Origin: Candidatus Altiarchaeota archaeon
GTDB taxonomy: Archaea > SpSt-1190
NCBI GenBank assembly: GCA_018220955.1
Contig: JAAOXV010000007.1
Span: forward strand, 1 to 47,338
Length of the DNA stretch: 47,338 nucleotides
Reading direction: 5' to 3'
The position numbers and the translations under genes are program-made. Shown here one piece after another: positions 14,730-23,361 of the stretch. Positions within the stretch are counted from its first letter, which is position 1, and the number at the start of each line of letters is the position of its first letter. The notes beneath the pieces were generated by a model. It was not told the origin of the DNA. It did no database searches and saw only the letters and a list, made by a program, of their open reading frames with translations.

Positions 14730-16340
14730 GTGAAGATTGAACAGCTGATGGCATCAGCAAAAACCGAGCTTGCAAAGCAGACAGGGTTGTCTGAGACTAA
14801 AATTCATTTTGGAACTGATAAGTTTGGTGACTTTGCGTCCAGTCTTCCAATAAGGCTCGCTAAATCACATGGAAAAGACCCAGAAACAGTCGCAAAAGAG
14901 CTAGCTAGGAAGATAAAGCTGAACGGACTGGAAGCAAAGACAGAAAATGGATTTTTGAACTTTTATCTGACACAGGAAGCAATCAAGCATAATCTGGCAG
15001 AGCTATTCAAGTTTCCGCAATCCGGCAAAACAGTTGTATTCGATTACTCATCTCCAAATTTGGCCAAGCCATTTACAGTAGGTCATCTACGCAGCACGGT
15101 TATAGCTGATAGCCTTCGACACCTGTTCGAGCTGTTTGGTTGGAAGACTATTCACATAAACTTTTTTGGTGATTGGGGTTTGCAGTTCGGTAAGCTAATG
15201 GCTGCCTACAAGCTCTGGGGTGGCGAGCTTGAACCAGAGCCAATAAAGAAGCTGCTCAAACTGTATGTCAAATTCCATAAACAAGAGGAAAATGACAAGA
15301 GTGTAGCCGAGGCTGGCAGAGTCTGGTTCAAAAAACTGGAGGACGGGGATGGTGAAGCACTGGCTCTGTTAGAACGATTCAAAAAGCTTAGTCTAGCTGA
15401 ATTCAACCGAATCTATGAAATGCTTGGCGCAAGCACAGACTATGTCTACGGCGGCGAAAGTCTGTTTGTAAAACATTCGATAGATTTGGTGGATGCGTTA
15501 GTCCAAAAAAGAATTGCGAAAAAAGATCAGGGAGCGATTGTTGTGCCGGTAGAAGGTCTACCACCGATGATATTGAGAAAGCAGGACGGTACGACCATAT
15601 ACGGTGCGCGAGACCTGGCTTCGGCAGTCTGGCGGATAAATGAATTCAAACCAGATTTGATGCTATATGTAGTCGGTTCAGAGCAGAGCTTTCATTTTAA
15701 ACAATGGTTTTCTGTTTTCAAAAAAATGGGACACAAAACACCGGTAGAACATGTAAAGTTCGGGCTGATTCGGTTGCCAGAAGGTAAGCTGAGTACCAGA
15801 AAAGGAAAAGTAATCTTTTTGGAAGACATAATTGAAGAGGCCATCACGCGAGTCAATATTATTATGAAAGACAAAGAAATAGCTGAGCCTGATGAGACAG
15901 CCAGAATAATTGCGGTCGGGGCTATCAAATTTGCTGACCTGAAAACCAATAGAACACGTGATGTTTTGTTTAGCTGGGATATGCTCAAGACCAATGGCGA
16001 GACTGGACCATATGTGCAATATGCGGCAGTGCGAGCCAAACGGATTTTAGAGAAATCAGACAAAAAACCCAAGTGGGGCGAGCTGGACTCAGCCGAGACA
16101 GAGCTGGCAAGAAATCTAGTGAAATTCAGGTTGGCTGTGTTGGATGCAGTGGCTGAAAGGCGGCCAGACTTGTTAGCTAACTATCTGCTCAAACTAACCC
16201 AGGGATTTAATGAATTTTATGAAACTTGTCCAGTTATTGGATCTGGCAGAGCTCAGAGACTCTATTTGGTTGAGCTAACACAAAAGGTACTTGAAACCGG
16301 GCTTGGACTATTGGGGATATCTGTTCCAACCGAAATGTAG
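14730..16340 (+). CDS. argS: Arginyl-tRNA synthetase
   Basis: 'DYSSPNLAKPFTVGHLRST' (HIGH-region variant), 'LSTRKGKV' and the C-terminal anticodon-binding domain are present. GTG start. Confidence 0.9.
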   Translation: MKIEQLMASAKTELAKQTGLSETKIHFGTDKFGDFASSLPIRLAKSHGKDPETVAKELARKIKLNGLEAKTENGFLNFYLTQEAIKHNLAELFKFPQSGKTVVFDYSSPNLAKPFTVGHLRSTVIADSLRHLFELFGWKTIHINFFGDWGLQFGKLMAAYKLWGGELEPEPIKKLLKLYVKFHKQEENDKSVAEAGRVWFKKLEDGDGEALALLERFKKLSLAEFNRIYEMLGASTDYVYGGESLFVKHSIDLVDALVQKRIAKKDQGAIVVPVEGLPPMILRKQDGTTIYGARDLASAVWRINEFKPDLMLYVVGSEQSFHFKQWFSVFKKMGHKTPVEHVKFGLIRLPEGKLSTRKGKVIFLEDIIEEAITRVNIIMKDKEIAEPDETARIIAVGAIKFADLKTNRTRDVLFSWDMLKTNGETGPYVQYAAVRAKRILEKSDKKPKWGELDSAETELARNLVKFRLAVLDAVAERRPDLLANYLLKLTQGFNEFYETCPVIGSGRAQRLYLVELTQKVLETGLGLLGISVPTEM

Positions 16341-16380
16341 GTCAGAATCAGATTTTTAAACCCTGGAATAGTAAAAAATT

Positions 16381-17454
16381 ATGGCTGAAACACAACAGTA
16401 TTTGGAGATAGCGGCTGAAAAGCTGGAAAAATATTATTCGCGTGATAAAAAATCAAAACTAGCTGCATCAAAAGATTTCTTGTTTATCAGTGATGGTGAC
16501 AAGATTACCACATATCAGTTTCCAATAAAAGATGACTTGAACAAGATTCCAGAAGCAGATAACAAAATAGTTTCTAATGACAGGTATGCTGAAACAGTTG
16601 AAATTACCGACAAAGGTCTTGATATGTATGTCACAAAAACAGTCGCAACCGGTGTTTGGGAATGGCAGAGAGAGCTGTTTGAGCAAGGCGAGCACGAGCC
16701 AAAACAATATGTGGCTAGTGCAGCACAAGAGCTAGCTGATTCTTTGGGGGATAGCGAGCTAAGCGTTCTGGGTCGAGGCGAGAAACTCTATGTCGGCGAC
16801 ACAAAAGGTATGGTAGTCATCTGGCTACCTGAAAAACCAGTTCTTCACAGGCTTTCAGAAGAACCACATGTTTATCCTGATGCCAATAATCCTTGGAAAA
16901 TCTCAGAAACAGAATATAACAATAAATGGCTCAAGAAGCTAGCTGAAAGACATGAAGAAACTCCGGAAGAATTTGTTCAACTGATTAGGTCGGTCGGTGA
17001 AAAACATCTTTCAGAATTTCAGAGACAACGGTTTAGCACTGTGAGTGATGAAGACGGAGAAATGCTGGCATATGGAATCCAGAGCACACTTGAATCCAAC
17101 GAATCACAGCTCAGCGCTGAATATAATGACGGTTTTCTAACAATTCGAGAAGCTGCAAAACTCGGCAAGCTGAGCTATCGGATTTGTGGTGACTATCTGA
17201 TTCTTGATGAAAAACAATCTGTTGGCACGCTCGGAATTGTTGAAGAGCTGATGTCTATCACAGGGACAGATGAAATCCATCTAAAATGGAAATATGGTCA
17301 AAGAATTCAGGAGATTGTGATTTCACCAAACCGAAAAAACAAGTATGCAGGCTGGAGAAGCTATCAAAACATCAGAATTCCTGCAATGAACGCGTTGATT
17401 GAACCATTTACCCAAATACTTGAAAAAGAGATTTCTGACTATATGAGCGCTTGA
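16381..17454 (+). CDS. Hypothetical acidic protein
   Basis: 357-aa ORF, Glu/Asp-rich, with no TM segment and no recognisable motif. Confidence 0.5.
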   Translation: MAETQQYLEIAAEKLEKYYSRDKKSKLAASKDFLFISDGDKITTYQFPIKDDLNKIPEADNKIVSNDRYAETVEITDKGLDMYVTKTVATGVWEWQRELFEQGEHEPKQYVASAAQELADSLGDSELSVLGRGEKLYVGDTKGMVVIWLPEKPVLHRLSEEPHVYPDANNPWKISETEYNNKWLKKLAERHEETPEEFVQLIRSVGEKHLSEFQRQRFSTVSDEDGEMLAYGIQSTLESNESQLSAEYNDGFLTIREAAKLGKLSYRICGDYLILDEKQSVGTLGIVEELMSITGTDEIHLKWKYGQRIQEIVISPNRKNKYAGWRSYQNIRIPAMNALIEPFTQILEKEISDYMSA

Positions 17455-17537
17455 ATCAGATAAAAATCCTCATCATCCAGAAGTCAGAGGGTGTTCACAT
17501 CATCACTGATTATGATTGGTTGTCTTAGTTAATAAGA

Positions 17538-17891
17538 TTAGTCCCGAGGCTCTATTGGCCTGCCAGGCTTCCAATCAGCTGTGCCGATTGACCAATACAT
17601 ATGCTTGGCGTCATAGATGTCTATGACTTGAAATTTTCCATTCCCTTGTTTTTTGATTGAGATATTCAAGCCCCTAGCAGCCAAGGGAAGTTCAGAGCCC
17701 ATAATTGGCTTATAGAGCTTTGAATAAGGTGTAGGTTTTCTTGAACAATATAGACCGAGCTCAACGAGCTCAGATTCAGAATAAGCGTCACCAAGCTGAA
17801 TCGAGTATTCAGATTCAGTCTTGCTCGGCATATCTAACAACATCCTTAGTATGAGTATCGATAACTTTGAGTTTTCCCTGATGTTCTTCAC
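17538..17891 (-). CDS. Hypothetical small protein, paralogous to the upstream 69-aa ORF
   Basis: Carries 'DAYSESELVELGLY' and 'GNGKFQVIDIYD'. The likely true start is ATG 17831 (MPSKTESEY...). The longer ORF overlaps the upstream ORF by 77 nt in the +1 frame. Confidence 0.45.
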   Translation of the reverse strand: MKNIRENSKLSILILRMLLDMPSKTESEYSIQLGDAYSESELVELGLYCSRKPTPYSKLYKPIMGSELPLAARGLNISIKKQGNGKFQVIDIYDAKHMYWSIGTADWKPGRPIEPRD

Positions 17892-18024
17892 ATCTAACTA
17901 TCTCATTATCTTTTTCAAACCAAGAATAGCCATAATGTTTGGTACCCCAAGCAGTATAACCCATACTTTCCAATTCTGCTGAGCTATAGACATTTTTTGC
18001 AATAGCTTTTTCACCGTTTGTCAT
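17815..18024 (-). CDS. Hypothetical small protein, paralogous to the downstream ORF
   Basis: 69-aa ORF carrying 'NVYSSAELESMGYT' and 'HQGKLKVIDTHT', the same two motif blocks as its neighbour. Confidence 0.45.
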   Translation of the reverse strand: MTNGEKAIAKNVYSSAELESMGYTAWGTKHYGYSWFEKDNEIVRCEEHQGKLKVIDTHTKDVVRYAEQD

Positions 18025-18064
18025 ACCACCGCTTAGTAGTTATATGCTTAAAAGACTATCTGAA

Positions 18065-18412
18065 CTACTTTTTGTATGATGATTTGTCTGAAGACTTGTC
18101 AGATGCTTTGTCTGGATTAAGGCCTGGAATCCATTTTAACTCTTGTGTAAATGAATCTCTCATCCAAAACCCATTTTCCGCTTCATAACGGGCTCTCTCC
18201 TGTTCACGTCCATGTCGTTCAATGTCAGCATATATTGCTTTTGTTTTTTGAAGTCCGTATTCTTTTATATGATCTTTGTGATACCATTTCCCATCTATAC
18301 GAACCATTCCTGCATCTTCATATCTTTTTACATGGTCTCCATCATTTCCCATATATTCTCTAGAAAATACAGAATTAAAAACCTGATTAAAGCCCTGCCC
18401 CGAACAGTTCAT
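18065..18412 (-). CDS. Hypothetical small basic protein with 'SDKSSDKSS' tail
   Basis: ORF immediately downstream of ileS. The likely start is the internal ATG 18352 (MGNDGDHVKRYEDAG...), because the 5' 26 nt overlap the ileS 3' end. Confidence 0.4.
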   Translation of the reverse strand: MNCSGQGFNQVFNSVFSREYMGNDGDHVKRYEDAGMVRIDGKWYHKDHIKEYGLQKTKAIYADIERHGREQERARYEAENGFWMRDSFTQELKWIPGLNPDKASDKSSDKSSYKK

Positions 18413-21239
18413 CCTTTATTTTCCATTCTTCGGTTGTTTTTCCTGCTTTTCCATAATTTATCTTAGATGCGCCGGTTTTTTGCATAAAGTCTGACTCGTG
18501 CTGTTGGATTGCAGCCAGTATAGTCTTGTCACCCCACACGCTCAGCTCTATCAGGTCCTGTGGCGAAAGCTGCGCTTTTTTTCTGAGCGACCGGACCCGA
18601 CGCGAAGCCTCTCGTACAAGTCCCTCTGCTATTTCTTCTAGTCCCATGGTTGAGTCAATTGTGAGCACCAGCTTGTCAAGCTTGAGCTTATCACCTTTAC
18701 AAGCTCCAAATTTTTTCACATTAGCTAGCTGGCTGATGATTTGTTCGACCAGTTCAGAATCAAATCCTGTTATTTGAACACATCTTATAGGATAACGAAG
18801 TCCAAGCTGGTTTGTGTCCCTATAAGCAAGAAGTGTCTCAACTATACCAAAGGCTTGAGCCATTGAAGCTTCAAGCTGAGTGTCTATCAGGGACTTATCA
18901 GCCACTGGGTAGCTGTCGAGAAACACGCTCTGTTCTCCACCCCATCTCTCAGCTAGCTCAGCATACATTTTCTCTGCTGCAAACGGCATCAAGGGTGCAA
19001 GTAGCTTGACCAAACTTGTGTGTATTTCTCTAATCACCCACAAAGCTGTGGTGTCTCCTAGCTTAACCCTTTCTTTTGCCAGTTTCATATAGGTCCTGCT
19101 AAAATCAGTTAATATGAATCTGTGAACCGACCGCACCGCCTGGTGCAGCTCATAGTTATCTATCCCATCTGTGAACTCTTGCACAAGCGAGTTGAATTTG
19201 CTTAAAACCCATTTGTCCTCGGTTTGCAAGCTTTCTTTGGCTGGCTCCTGATCAACATACCTAAGCAGGTATCTGTGGAGATTAGACCAAATATTCATCA
19301 TTCTGCCTATCTCCTTTTTTGCCCGATTCAAGCTAAATCTCAGGATATCCCAAGGTGAAGACTCCCATAATACATAGAAACGCAGCATATCTGGGCCAAG
19401 CATCTCGAACGCATCCATTGCGGTGATGACATTCCCTTTTGACTTGCTCATCTTCTCGCCTTTTTCATCCACTACCCAACCATGCATGCTGACTGACTCG
19501 AACGGAGCTTTGTCAAACACACCGGTCGATATGAATAAGAGCGTATAGAACCAACCGCGAATCTGGTCCTGACCTTCATTTATTCGGCTGACAGGAAATG
19601 TTGGCATACTACCAGTCGGGTGACCGACCGATGCAAACGGAGACGCACCAGAGTCATACCAAACATCAAGCACATCGAGTATCCTGCTCATGGACTCATC
19701 GCACTCAGTACAATCAAACTCAAGCGAATCGACTATGTCTCTATGCAGGTCGGTTATCTGTTTGCCGGTCAGCTTCTGCAGCTCCTTATGACCCTCAATC
19801 ACTCTTATATGCCCGTTCTTGCAAGTCCAGATAGGCAAAGGGGTATTCCAATACCTCTGACGGCTAAGAGTCCAGTCTGTAGCGTTTTCCACCCAATTAA
19901 TCATTCTTTGTTTAGCAAAATCCGGCATCCAGATGGTCTTCTCAATCTGTTTTAGCAAGCTTGGCTTTATTAATTCTGTCTCAAGCAACCATTGCTTGGT
20001 CAATCTAAAAATCAAGGGTGTTTTGCAACGCCAACATACAGGGTATCTATGTTGTGAGGTTTCAGAGCTCAAAAGAGCTCCTGTTTGCTTAAGTAACTCG
20101 ATTATGTCTTTGCTGGCCTTGCGAACAGGCCGGCCAACAAGTTTGCCTGCCTGTTCAGTAAAGAGTCCTTGATCGTCAACCGGGCTGACAGCCGGTAGCT
20201 TGTAGTGCTTGCCTAGCTCAAAGTCCTCTTGTCCATGTCCGGGCGCACAATGAACCACACCTGTACCATCCTCCATATTAACAAAATGCCCAAATTCTGT
20301 TTTGTCTTCTGTTTCTTTTTTGACAGCTATCTTTCCTGCTGCTTTTTTCTTTAGGACTGGCATGGATAGATAGACCTTGTGAGCGTTCCGATTCTTTGTC
20401 AGTTCTTGCTGAACTGGACAATCGACTACGGGCTCATAACCCACGCCTGCCAGTTTTTTCCCAGGAAACTCATCTACAACCTTATAGATTATTTCAAGTC
20501 GGTCCAGCTGTTTAACCAACTTTTTTGCCATCACCAGCTTGTCTTTCCCCACAGCTAGCTTGACATATTTTTCTGTGGGATGAACAATAAGCGCGACATT
20601 ACCAACAAGTGTCCAGGGCGTGGTGGTCCAAACAAGAATAGAAAAGTCTTTGTCTGTCTTAAACTTTACAAAAATACTCGGGTCCTCTAACTCCTTGTAC
20701 TCATCTGTCACTTCATACCCGCTCAACACTGTACTACAGTGCGGACACCAGTAAAACGGCTTGTGTCCCTGCTTAAGCAAACCCTTATCATACAGCTGCT
20801 TGATTGACCACCAGACCGAATCCATATAGCTAAGCGACAAGGTCAGGTACGGAGTCTCCCAACCAAGCCAAACACCCAGCTGTCTGTAAAAATCCATCCA
20901 ACGTTCCAGGTTTTCTGTTGCAAACCGCTTGCACTCAGTCATAAATTTGTGCATTCCAATCTTTTCTATGTCTGCCTTGCTCGAAATCCCAAGCTTTTTT
21001 TCAACCTTATTCTCTATCGGCAACCCATGTGTGTCAAAACCAGGCTGGATGAAAAGCTTGTGTCCCTGCATTGCTTTTGTTTTCATCAACAAATCCTTGA
21101 TAGTGATACCTCTCACATGCCCCATATGCGGATCGGCGTTTGGATACGGTGGCCCATCAAGAAGCCAGAAAACTGGGCCATCCCGCTCTTGAACATGCTT
21201 TATCAACCCAATTTTGTCCCATTTTTCCTGAATTTGCAC
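18387..21239 (-). CDS. ileS: Isoleucyl-tRNA synthetase
   Basis: 'PPYPNADPHMGHVRG' (HIGH), 'GFDTHGLPIE', 'WTLSRQRYWNTPLPIW' and 'KMSKSKGNV' are present. The ORF is open to GTG 21350. The first 37 codons look non-coding and would overlap the divergent gene. GTG 21239 gives 'MQIQEKWDKIGLIKH...', a typical IleRS N-terminus. Confidence 0.9.
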   Translation of the reverse strand: MQIQEKWDKIGLIKHVQERDGPVFWLLDGPPYPNADPHMGHVRGITIKDLLMKTKAMQGHKLFIQPGFDTHGLPIENKVEKKLGISSKADIEKIGMHKFMTECKRFATENLERWMDFYRQLGVWLGWETPYLTLSLSYMDSVWWSIKQLYDKGLLKQGHKPFYWCPHCSTVLSGYEVTDEYKELEDPSIFVKFKTDKDFSILVWTTTPWTLVGNVALIVHPTEKYVKLAVGKDKLVMAKKLVKQLDRLEIIYKVVDEFPGKKLAGVGYEPVVDCPVQQELTKNRNAHKVYLSMPVLKKKAAGKIAVKKETEDKTEFGHFVNMEDGTGVVHCAPGHGQEDFELGKHYKLPAVSPVDDQGLFTEQAGKLVGRPVRKASKDIIELLKQTGALLSSETSQHRYPVCWRCKTPLIFRLTKQWLLETELIKPSLLKQIEKTIWMPDFAKQRMINWVENATDWTLSRQRYWNTPLPIWTCKNGHIRVIEGHKELQKLTGKQITDLHRDIVDSLEFDCTECDESMSRILDVLDVWYDSGASPFASVGHPTGSMPTFPVSRINEGQDQIRGWFYTLLFISTGVFDKAPFESVSMHGWVVDEKGEKMSKSKGNVITAMDAFEMLGPDMLRFYVLWESSPWDILRFSLNRAKKEIGRMMNIWSNLHRYLLRYVDQEPAKESLQTEDKWVLSKFNSLVQEFTDGIDNYELHQAVRSVHRFILTDFSRTYMKLAKERVKLGDTTALWVIREIHTSLVKLLAPLMPFAAEKMYAELAERWGGEQSVFLDSYPVADKSLIDTQLEASMAQAFGIVETLLAYRDTNQLGLRYPIRCVQITGFDSELVEQIISQLANVKKFGACKGDKLKLDKLVLTIDSTMGLEEIAEGLVREASRRVRSLRKKAQLSPQDLIELSVWGDKTILAAIQQHESDFMQKTGASKINYGKAGKTTEEWKIKDELFGAGL

Positions 21240-21319
21240 ATTCTTCCGGATTCTACAGATTTTAATAGATTTGTCTTGACAAGTATAGAAAAAGTTAAAA
21301 CTCCAGAAGAGATACAAAT

Positions 21320-22525
21320 TTGATGGCAAATATACTAATAAAAAACGCACGCTGGATTTTCACGGCAGACCGGGTCCTACGAAACAAGGATATTCTGATT
21401 GAAAACGGAGTTGTAAGCGAGTTTGGTTCTGGTGAAGCAGATAGAGTCATTAATGGTGAAGATAAAATTGTGATGCCCGGGCTGATTAATTGTAATACTC
21501 AAACCAGTTTGAGCTCAAGTAAAGGACTGTCTGAACCAGAAAGGCTAAACCCAAAAACGGCGTTTCACTCTGCTATGATAGGTATACAGGATGCCATCAG
21601 CTCTGGAACTACCACAATTATTGATTCTGGCAGTTACCCAGAACAAGTAGCAAAGGCCATGAGAAAGTTAGGTGTGCGCGGATTTGTTGGTCAACTTATG
21701 TCTGATGGATTTGACCCTATCAAAAAAGAGGCACAGCTTAGGCGGACTAAGGAAAATCTGAAATTTATTGAGCGACTTAGTAACCCAAAAATTACTGGAC
21801 TGGTTGCGCTTGAATCACTAACCGATTGTTCAGACACATTAGTTATTGCAGCTAGGGAACTGGCTACAAGAAAACAAACAAGAATTAGCATGCCTGTCAG
21901 CAAAAACAAAAGTGAGGTTGAACTTGTCAGAAATGATAGGGGCGAAACACCACTCATGTATCTAAAAAAACTCGAAGTAACAAAAGGGCTTATGGCACTT
22001 GGCGGGAATAGCCTTACTGGGCGAGAAATAAGTATAGCAAACAGACATAAAACAACCATAGTTCATTGTCCTATTGCTGAGCTAAGAAACGGTTCAGAGA
22101 ATGCTCAAACTCACAAGCTAATGGAAAAAGGGGTGAATGTGTGTATAGGGACAGGCAGTCCAATCAAAAGCAATGCTGATATGTTTGAATCAATGAGGAT
22201 TACTGCGCTACTACAAAAAGAGCATGCAAACCCGTTTGAGATTCTGAGAATGGCTACAATAAGACCTGCTCAAATGCTTGGCCTTGATTCTGGAAGGATT
22301 GAACCAGGAAGCTGGGCCGACCTAATCTTGCTTGACCTAACTGAGCCAAACCTAAGACCGCTGACAACTTCAGAGCAGTTAATAAATCATTTAGTCTATT
22401 CAGCTAATAGAAAAAACGTGACAAGAGTAATCATTGATGGAGACTTGGTAATGCAAGACAAGCTTGAACCAGATGTTCATGCAAGGTTTTTGGAGGGAAG
22501 AGGGCGTTTGGTATGGGGATCATAG
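21320..22525 (+). CDS. Amidohydrolase-fold protein (MtaD/chlorohydrolase-like) with degenerate metal-binding motifs
   Basis: The family layout is present: 'ILIENGVV...IVMPGLIN', 'IVHCPIAELRNG', 'VCIGTGS...MFESMRITALLQK' and 'SGRIEPGSWADLILLD'. However, the HxH motif reads N-T-Q and the GTD Asp reads G. Start is TTG 21320 or ATG 21323. Confidence 0.65.
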   Translation: MMANILIKNARWIFTADRVLRNKDILIENGVVSEFGSGEADRVINGEDKIVMPGLINCNTQTSLSSSKGLSEPERLNPKTAFHSAMIGIQDAISSGTTTIIDSGSYPEQVAKAMRKLGVRGFVGQLMSDGFDPIKKEAQLRRTKENLKFIERLSNPKITGLVALESLTDCSDTLVIAARELATRKQTRISMPVSKNKSEVELVRNDRGETPLMYLKKLEVTKGLMALGGNSLTGREISIANRHKTTIVHCPIAELRNGSENAQTHKLMEKGVNVCIGTGSPIKSNADMFESMRITALLQKEHANPFEILRMATIRPAQMLGLDSGRIEPGSWADLILLDLTEPNLRPLTTSEQLINHLVYSANRKNVTRVIIDGDLVMQDKLEPDVHARFLEGRGRLVWGS

Positions 22526-22908
22526 GAACAAGCGTGAGGGCCAAAGTCATTGGAACTCTTGGTGAAAAAGAGCTGATAGCAAAAGTAGACACAGGCGCGA
22601 CACGAAGCTCGATTGATGCAGAAATAGCGGCTGAGACCGGACTCGGTCCAATTGTGTCAGTTAAAGGATACAAGTCCAGCTTAGGAAAAAAGCGGAGACT
22701 GATTGTGAAAGGCAAGATAGAGCTGTGCGGGAAAACCATAGAATCTGAGTTTTCTATTGCTAATCGAGAGCATATGAAATATCCGGTATTAATTGGTCTG
22801 GATATCTTGCGAGATCTAGATGTTATGATTGACCCGTCTATTCAAGGACCTGACCACGAGTGCTGCAGCAGGCAGTGTGAAGATAAAGAGAATTGTGTCT
22901 GCGAGTAA
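22513..22908 (+). CDS. Retropepsin-like aspartic peptidase (RimB/'Zn_protease' DUF785-type) with Cys-rich tail
   Basis: 'AKVDTGATRSSID' (DTGA) and 'YPVLIGLDILRDL' are present. The tail is 'HECCSRQCEDKENCVCE'. The start overlaps the preceding gene by 13 nt. Confidence 0.6.
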   Translation: MGIIGTSVRAKVIGTLGEKELIAKVDTGATRSSIDAEIAAETGLGPIVSVKGYKSSLGKKRRLIVKGKIELCGKTIESEFSIANREHMKYPVLIGLDILRDLDVMIDPSIQGPDHECCSRQCEDKENCVCE

Positions 22909-23361
22909 AAGCAAGGTCGAATAAACAGCAAGCAATTTCCAGAATAGTGGTCCTGAATTTTTCCAGGCGTCTATTATCTGCTTGTTTTCATAAAAACAGA
23001 GTGGAATAAGTGAAGTCCTGATAATGAGATAGAATGAGCCAAGATAAAGCAATTGAAACTTTGCATCAATAACAGAGAGATAAAAAGGAACAAGAATCAA
23101 TAAGTATGACAAAAATGCAAAAATGGTTGAACCAGTAAGGACAGACAGATATCTTTCAAGCGCTCTGTCAAAAATCTGCTCTGCCTCAAATCTTGGAAAG
23201 CTCTCTGCACACGAAAACAGGACCGAGATAAGCAAAGCAATTGCAAGCGGATAAAGAATAAATTCTGAGTAAGGAAAACTGATAGACTCAATCAAAGAAA
23301 ACAATAGAATATAGAGTGTGTAGAACAATAGCAAGTCTAACAGATATGTTCTGAACTTCAT
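22816..23361 (-). CDS. Hypothetical polytopic membrane protein, translationally coupled to SRP54
   Basis: 181-aa ORF of about 5-6 TM segments. Its start overlaps the srp54 stop in an ATGA. Its 3' end overlaps the convergent peptidase gene by 93 nt. Confidence 0.5.
   Translation of the reverse strand: MKFRTYLLDLLLFYTLYILLFSLIESISFPYSEFILYPLAIALLISVLFSCAESFPRFEAEQIFDRALERYLSVLTGSTIFAFLSYLLILVPFYLSVIDAKFQLLYLGSFYLIIRTSLIPLCFYENKQIIDAWKNSGPLFWKLLAVYSTLLLLADTILFIFTLPAAALVVRSLNRRVNHNI

Noticed and set aside
21240-21350. 37-codon N-terminal extension of ileS (ORF-track start GTG 21350)
   Set aside because: Its translation 'MRFLLVYLPSNLYLFWSFNFFYTCQDKSIKICRIRKN' is unlike any IleRS N-terminus. It would overlap the divergent amidohydrolase-like gene by 31 nt and bury both promoters. 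GTG 21239 gives a family-typical start.
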